This document shows, in pieces, positions 33,068 through 39,432 of a stretch of 39,432 nucleotides of DNA. Position 1 is the first letter of the stretch. Each line of letters opens with the position of its first letter. A program made the translations under genes and the position numbers. Source of the stretch: Chiloscyllium plagiosum (lineage: Eukaryota); the NCBI RefSeq assembly GCF_004010195.1, contig NC_057718.1:46155897-46195328 (forward strand), in the 5' to 3' direction. The notes below the pieces were generated by a model. That model searched no databases and was not told where the DNA came from. It saw only the letters and a program-made list of their open reading frames with translations.

Positions 33068-36000
33068 TGGGGGAGCTGGGACTATTACAAATTGGATGGT
33101 CTATACCTGGGCCAGACTGGAACCAATATCCTTGGGGAGGGTTTAAACTAATGTGGCAGGGGGATGGGAACCAAATAAGGAGGTTAGTGGACAGTAAGGA
33201 GGTAGTAACTAAAGCCTGTAAAGAACTAGATAATGAAGTCAGTGTGATTAAGGGAAAGAGTAGGCAGGGAACAGATGATGAACGCAAAGGGAGTGGTGGT
33301 CTGAGGTGCATTTGTTTTCATGCAAAAAGTGTAGTAGGTAAGGGAGATGAACTTAGGGCTTGGATTAGTACCTGGGAGTATGATGTTATTGCTATTAATG
33401 AAACTTGGTTGAGGGAAGGGCATAATTGACAACTAAATATCCCAGGATATAAATGTTTCAGACAGGATAGAGAGGGAGGTAAAAGGGTTGGAGGAGTTGC
33501 ATTATTGGTCAGAAAGGATATCACAGCTGAAGTGTTGGAGGAGTTCAGTGGTGAGGTAGTATGGGCAGAGCTCAGAAATGAGAAGGGTGCGGTAACAATG
33601 TTGGGGCTGTACTACAGGCCTCCCAACAGCGAGCATGAGATAGAGGTACAAATATGTAAATAGACTATGGAAAGATGTAGGAGCAAAAGGGTGGTGGTGA
33701 TAGGAGATTTTAATTGTCCCAGCATTGACTGGGATTCACAGTGTTAGAGGTCTAAATGGAGCAGAATTTGTAAGGAGCAGCCAGGAGGGTTTTCTAGAGC
33801 AGTGTGTAAATAGCCCAATTCGGGAAGGGGCCATACTGCACCTGGTGTTGGGGAATGAGCCCGGCCAAGTTTCAGTGGGGGATTACTTTGGGAATAGTGA
33901 TCACAATTCCATAAGTTTTAGAATACTCATGGGCAAAGACGAGAGTGGTCCTAAAGGAAAAGTGCTAAACTGGGGGAAGGCCAACTATACCAAAGTTCAG
34001 CAGGAGCTGGGGAATGTAGATTGGGAGCAGCTGTTTGAAGGGAAATCCACATTTGATATGTGGAAGGCTTTTAAAAGAGGTGATTAGAGTGAGGGAGAGA
34101 TATGTTCCTGTGAAAATGAGGGATAGAAATGGCAAGATTAGGGAACCATGGAGACAATTGAAATTGTGAGACTAGCTAAAAGGAAAAAGGAAACATTCCT
34201 AAGGTCTAGGTGACTGAAGACAGACGAAGCTTTGGAAGAATATCAGGAATGTAGGATCGATCTGAAACGAGGAATTACAAGAGCTAAAAGGGATCATGAG
34301 ATATCTTTAGCATACAGGGTTAAGAAAAAACCCAAAGCCTTTTATTCATATATAAGGAGCAAGAGGGTAACTAGGGAAAAGGTTGGCCACTCAAGGACAA
34401 AGGAGGAAAGTTATATGTGGAGTCAGAGAAAATGGGTGAGATTCTTAATGAGTACTTTACATCAGTATTCATCGAGGAGAGGGACATGATGGATGTTGAG
34501 GTTAGGGATAGATGTTTGATTACTGTAGGGCAAGTCGGCATAAGGAGGAAGGAAGTGTTAGGTATTCTCAAAGGCATTAAGGTGGACAAGTCTCCAGGTC
34601 CGGGTGAGATCTATACCAGGTTAATGAGGGAAGCAGGAGAGGAAATAGCTGGGGCCTTAACGCACATCTTTGCAGCATCCTTGAACACAGGTGAGGTCCC
34701 AGAGGACTGAAGAATTGCTAATGTTTAAGAAGGATAGCAGGGATACTCCAGGTAATTATAGACAGGTGAGCCTGATGTCAGTGGTAGGGAAACTGCTGAG
34801 AGAAGATACTGAGGGATAGGATTTATTCCCATTTGGAAGAAAATTGGCTTGTCAGTGATAGGCAACATGGTTTTGGGCAGGGAAGGTCATGTCTTACCAA
34901 CTTATTAACATTCTTCGAGGGAGTGACAAAATTGATTGATGTGGGAAGGGCTGTAGATGTCATATACATGGACTTCAGTAAGGCGTTTGATAAGGTTCCC
35001 CATGGTAGGCCGATGGAGAAAGTGAAGTCGGATGGGTCCAGGGTGTACTAGCTAGATGGATAAAGAACTGGCTGGGCAGCAGGAGACAGAGAGTAGTAGT
35101 GCAACGGAGTTTTGTAAAATGGAGAACTGTGATTAGTGATGTCCACAGGTTTTTCATGCTGCGACTACTGTTGTTTGTGATTTACATAAATGATTTGAAG
35201 GAAGGTATAGCAAGTTTGCAGATGACACTAAGATTGGTGGACTAGCAGATAGTGAAGGGAGCTGCCAGAGAATACTGAAGAATATAGATAGATTGGAGAG
35301 TTGGGTAGAGAAATGGTAGATGGAGTTCAATCCAGGCAAATGTGAGGGGATGCATTTTAGAAGATCCAATTCAAGAGCGAACTATACAGTAAATGGAAAA
35401 GTCCTGGGGAAAATCGATGCACAGAGAGGTCTGGGTGTTTGGGATTACTGTTTCCTGAAGGTGGCAACGCAAGTCAAAGGGTGGTCAAGAAGGCATACGG
35501 TATACTTTCCTTCATCAGACGGGGTATTAAGTACTGGGCAGGTCATGTTACAGTTGTATAGGACTTTGGTTCAGCAACATTTGGAATACTGTGTACAGTT
35601 TTGGTCGCCACATTACCAAAAGGGTGTCGATGCTTTGGAGATGAGGTTCACCAGGATGTTTCCTGGTATGCAGGGTACTAGCTATGAGGTTGAGGGGGGA
35701 CCTGATTGAGGTCTACAAAATCATGAGAGTTATAGACAGGATGGATAGCAAGAAGCCTTTTCCCAAAGTGGGGGACTCAATTACTAAGGGTCATGAATTC
35801 AAAGTGAGAGGGGAAGAGTTAGGGGAGATATGTGTGGAAAGTCCTACATGCAGAGGGTAATAGGTGCTTGGAATGTGTTGCTAGTGGAGGTGGTAGAGGT
35901 GGGCATGATTGCATCATTTAAGATGTATCTAGACAGATACATGAATAGGCAGGAAGCAGAGGGATACAGACCCTTAGAAAATAGGTGACATGTTAGATAG

Positions 36001-36072
36001 AGGATCTGGATCAGCGCAGGTTTGGAGGGCTGAAGAGCCTGTTTCTATGGTGTAATTTTCTTTGTTCTTTGA
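33068..36072 (+). mobile_element. Near-complete but disrupted CR1-clade LINE (ORF1 end, ORF2 APE and RT, tail)
   Basis: LRCICFHAKSV..DVIAINETWL, YYRPP, GDFN, SDHNSISF, KSPGP, QHGF..GRSCLTNL, YMDFSKAFDKVPH, KFADDTKIGG, HLEYCVQFWSP; many stops and frameshifts; TTTGTTC tail. Confidence 0.96.
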
Positions 36073-36489
36073 CTGCATTTGTATTTCCTCCTTTTTATGT
36101 TGTTCTTTAACCATTGCCCTTTAGGCAATCACAGGCCTCATGTCAATATCTCAGCACTACTCTCCAAGAACACTGGATCAATAACAATAGCACATCTCTC
36201 TTGAAATGCAACATCATGGCACATCAGGTGTGACAAAACAGTTCAATAAAGTATAATAGAAAACTTTAAAGGGAGTCCATGTGTATTTTTTATATTCATT
36301 AACATTGATGTATATGCTATGTTGTAAAATATTGAAGGGATAATTTATTTCAGCTGTAAAATTGCATACTCTGATATGAATTTCTCCCATGTCAGTAAGG
36401 CAATTGTTTATGTCCAGAGGAATATTTCCACTAGTAATGATTCCCATCAATTTCAATGCTGAATGTGAAGCTATTTCCAATGGCACACA

Positions 36490-37420
36490 ATGACCCCAGT
36501 TTTGTGTTGGTCAGAAGTCGTTTCTGATTGGAATTGCCTTCGGAATCCCTGACAAAGCAAATTCTGGGTGAAATGCCTGAGAAATTGAAGATTGCAATGG
36601 GCAATGCTCCTATATCTAGAAACCTCTGAAAGTTTCCATTGAACTCAGAGAATTCTGCTACAGCTAATAAATGGTTATCTAAGAAAAGTTAAATAATTAA
36701 AAAGGTGTCTAACTCCTGGCTAACAAATGGACTGAACTACTAACTTATCCCATGTGCCCCTAGCTACACCTATCTTAATCCCTTACACCCTCCTATCACT
36801 GAACCTAACAACCCCACTCTTCCCCATGAGCTAGCACACCCCATCAACAGACCCAACACCCTCCCTCTCTCTCAGATACAGACCAACCCCTCCACAACCT
36901 CAGGCATCATCTTCCAAGCCCATCACCATACCTGACAGTAACCCCTGCTGTACCCGCTACACTTTCACCACCTCAACCCCACCAATTACCAGACCTGAGA
37001 CCCATCCTCCCTCGCTGCGAGACTCCACAATAAAAACAACTCATCTCTGTGGGATCCGCCAGTCCTACCTGCCCCCAATGGACCCAACACTCCATCACTT
37101 ACCTGACGCCCTCCCCACATGTGCTCTGGCACCCTACATACCTGGTGCTCTGCGCTGCCAGCACCCTAACCTCACATTTTCTTTCAGCTCCGGACCTTTC
37201 ACAGAAGCAATCAGAGTGGCTGTTTGTAACGCTGGGCAGTTAAATCACAGAAAGCAGCAATTATTGCCATGAAAAAAAGGGGGCAGAGTTTGACTCCTCC
37301 TGGCTGTCCCAGTATTATGAGGGTGCAGATTTTAAAGTACATTCTGTATTTCTGAAGGAGCCCTGATCAGATTCTCCTGTCAGAAATGTGGAACTCTTTC
37401 TTCAGGTAAAATTGTGGCAC
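36490..37420. mobile_element. Possible old MITE-like element with a C-rich core
   Basis: Weak inverted similarity of the ends (CCCCAGTTTTG..TTTCTGA vs TCAGAAA..AAAATTGTGGC) and a compositional shift. Confidence 0.25.
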
Positions 37421-38084
37421 GAGTGTGGCAATCTGACTGTGATTGCCTCAGTTCAAAAAACCCAGTCCAAAGTTATAAACAGCAGAATAAGTTAGAACAG
37501 AACAAGTAGAACAATAATAATCTCGCACAGAAAGTATGAAAGGATCTGACCGGATCTCATGAAAAACAATATTCATTGTTTTCCCCAGTCATTTTACCTT
37601 TTATGAAACATTGTGTTTACCTATAAGAAACATATAAGAACAGGAACATGTAAGAATTTATCTAAATGTCTATAAACATAGAAAGAGCGTACCTTATATC
37701 AAATAAATTATTGACGTTTTTAAATATTGCATCATTCCTTTACGTATCAAATCTGTTATAATCCTGTTGAGTAAATAAAATAACATAAGATGCCATTATT
37801 ATTGTATCTATTTTATAAAAATTGCAACATAGTTATGGGTTGAGCTCAGTAGTTCACAGCACTTTTTTATCCTGAAGATAAGGTTTGGAAGACGCGGAAT
37901 TAAAAAGTAAACCTTACTTAACAATTCCACAAAATAACATTGGTAAGTTCTAAACTGACTTATTTGGTTTAACTCTTAAGATTGATTTGTTATTTACTCA
38001 ACCACCACACTACTGAAGAATAGTTGATAAAATATATCAGTACCTAAAGAACAGTGAGAATATGTAACTTGTAATCACAGGGTG

Positions 38085-38250
38085 TGATTGTATTAAATAG
38101 TATAGATACCTCTAGATGGTAAATTGGCAAGGGAGGGGGGAATACTATGGTTACAACTGAGTTAAGTCTGGAAGAATATGCTGTAAACATTGGCATGGAC
38201 TGGATGGGCTGAACAACCCGTTTCTTTATCATATAGCTTATGTAATCGTT
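38085..38250 (+). mobile_element. Old CR1 tail remnant
   Basis: AAACATTGGCATGGACTGGATGGGCTGAA..CCGTTTCT is a CR1-type terminal motif. Confidence 0.55.
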
Positions 38251-38264
38251 TGCAATGTTATAAT

Positions 38265-39080
38265 ATAATAAGAACATAAGAATATGAGCAGGCCATCTAG
38301 CCCTTTGAGCTCGCTCTGCCATTCTATAAGATCATGGCTGATCTTTTTGTGGCCTCAGCTCCACTTACCCACCCTCTTACCTTAACCCTTAATTCCTTTA
38401 CTATTCAAAAAATGATCTTTCTTAGCTTTAAAAGCATTCAATGAAGAAGATTTAACTATTTCACTGGGCAGGGAATTTAACAGATTCACAACCCTCTGGG
38501 TGAAGAAGTTCCTTCTCAATTCAGTCCTAAATCTGCTCCCCCTAATTTTGAAGCTATGCCCTCTTAGTTTGACCTGCAAGTCAAAACATCCTCTCTACTT
38601 TCATCCTTTCTAATCTCTTCATAATTTTATGTGTTTTTATAAGATTCCCTCTCATTCTTCTAAATTGCAATGAATATAATCCCAGTCTACTCATTCTCTT
38701 CTCATAAGCAAGTCCCCTCAATTTTAGAATCAACCTAGTGAACCTTCTCTGTACCTCCTCCAGTGCCAGTACAAGCTTTCTCAAGTAAGGAGACCAAAAC
38801 TGCACACAGTACTCCAGGTGTAGCCTCACCAACAACCTATACAGCTGCAACATAACTCCCCTGCTTTTAAACACAATCCCTTTAGCAATGAAGGACAAAG
38901 TTCCAATTACCTTCTTAATTACCTGCTGCACCTGCAAACCAACCTCTGTGATTCAAGCACAGGACACCCAGGTCCTTCTACACATTTTATTACTTGAATT
39001 TTTTACCATTCAAGTAATAATCCTTTTTACTGTTATTCTTACCAAAATGGATGACTTCATATTTATTGACATTGTACTCA
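38265..39080 (-). mobile_element. CR1 LINE 3' portion
   Basis: LYRLLVRLHLEYCVQFWSPYLRK and RGHSFKIRG..RNFFTQRVV; CATAAGAA tail. Confidence 0.94.
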
Positions 39081-39432
39081 ATAGACAATAGACAATAGAC
39101 AATAAGTGCAGGAGTAGGCCATTCAGCCCTTCGAGCCTGCACCACCATTCAATATAATCATGGCTGATCATTCCTAATCAGTATCCTGTTCCTGCCTTAT
39201 CTCCATAACCCTTGATTCCACTATCTTTGAGAGCTCTATCCAACTCCCCATTCAATATAATCATGGCTGATCATTCCTAATCAGTATCCTGTTCCTGCCT
39301 TATCTCCATAACCCTTGATTCCACTATCTTTGAGAGCTCTATCCAACTCCTTCTTAAATGAATCCAGAGAGTGGGCCTCCACTGCCCCCTGTGGCAGAGC
39401 ATTCCACACAGCCACCACTCACTGGGTGAAGA
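39081..39432 (-). mobile_element. Young CR1 3' end (TAGACAA tail) with a 103-bp tandem duplication
   Basis: Same family as 27408-27790; duplicated units at 39145-39247 and 39248-39350. Confidence 0.94.

Noticed and set aside
32439..33429. The two ORFs of about 290 aa
   Set aside because: They are artefacts of translating through the 500-N gap.

Overview
Eukaryotic, repeat-dense, non-coding DNA, almost certainly from a shark or other elasmobranch. The main clue is six HE1-type V-SINEs whose 3' tails match CR1/HER1-type LINE tails in the same window. I found no intact host protein-coding gene. Nearly every ORF in the supplied track is a fragment or antisense shadow of a decayed retroelement. 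The younger layer consists of CR1-clade LINE pieces, several SINE families and at least three families of Penelope-like elements (PLEs). The PLEs carry minimal type-I hammerhead ribozyme motifs, mostly have 12-14-bp target-site duplications (TSDs), and three of them form fold-back hairpins. An older layer hides in what looks like unique DNA: a Gypsy LTR retrotransposon with both diverged LTRs recognisable (about 9.5-16.9 kb) and a gag-protease block in the opposite orientation, a second Gypsy pol fossil (2.4-4.9 kb), an RTE LINE fossil, and a probable Harbinger Myb/SANT remnant. There is a 500-N assembly gap at 32568-33067. All family assignments come from manual translation and remembered motifs, not database searches, and element boundaries are approximate.
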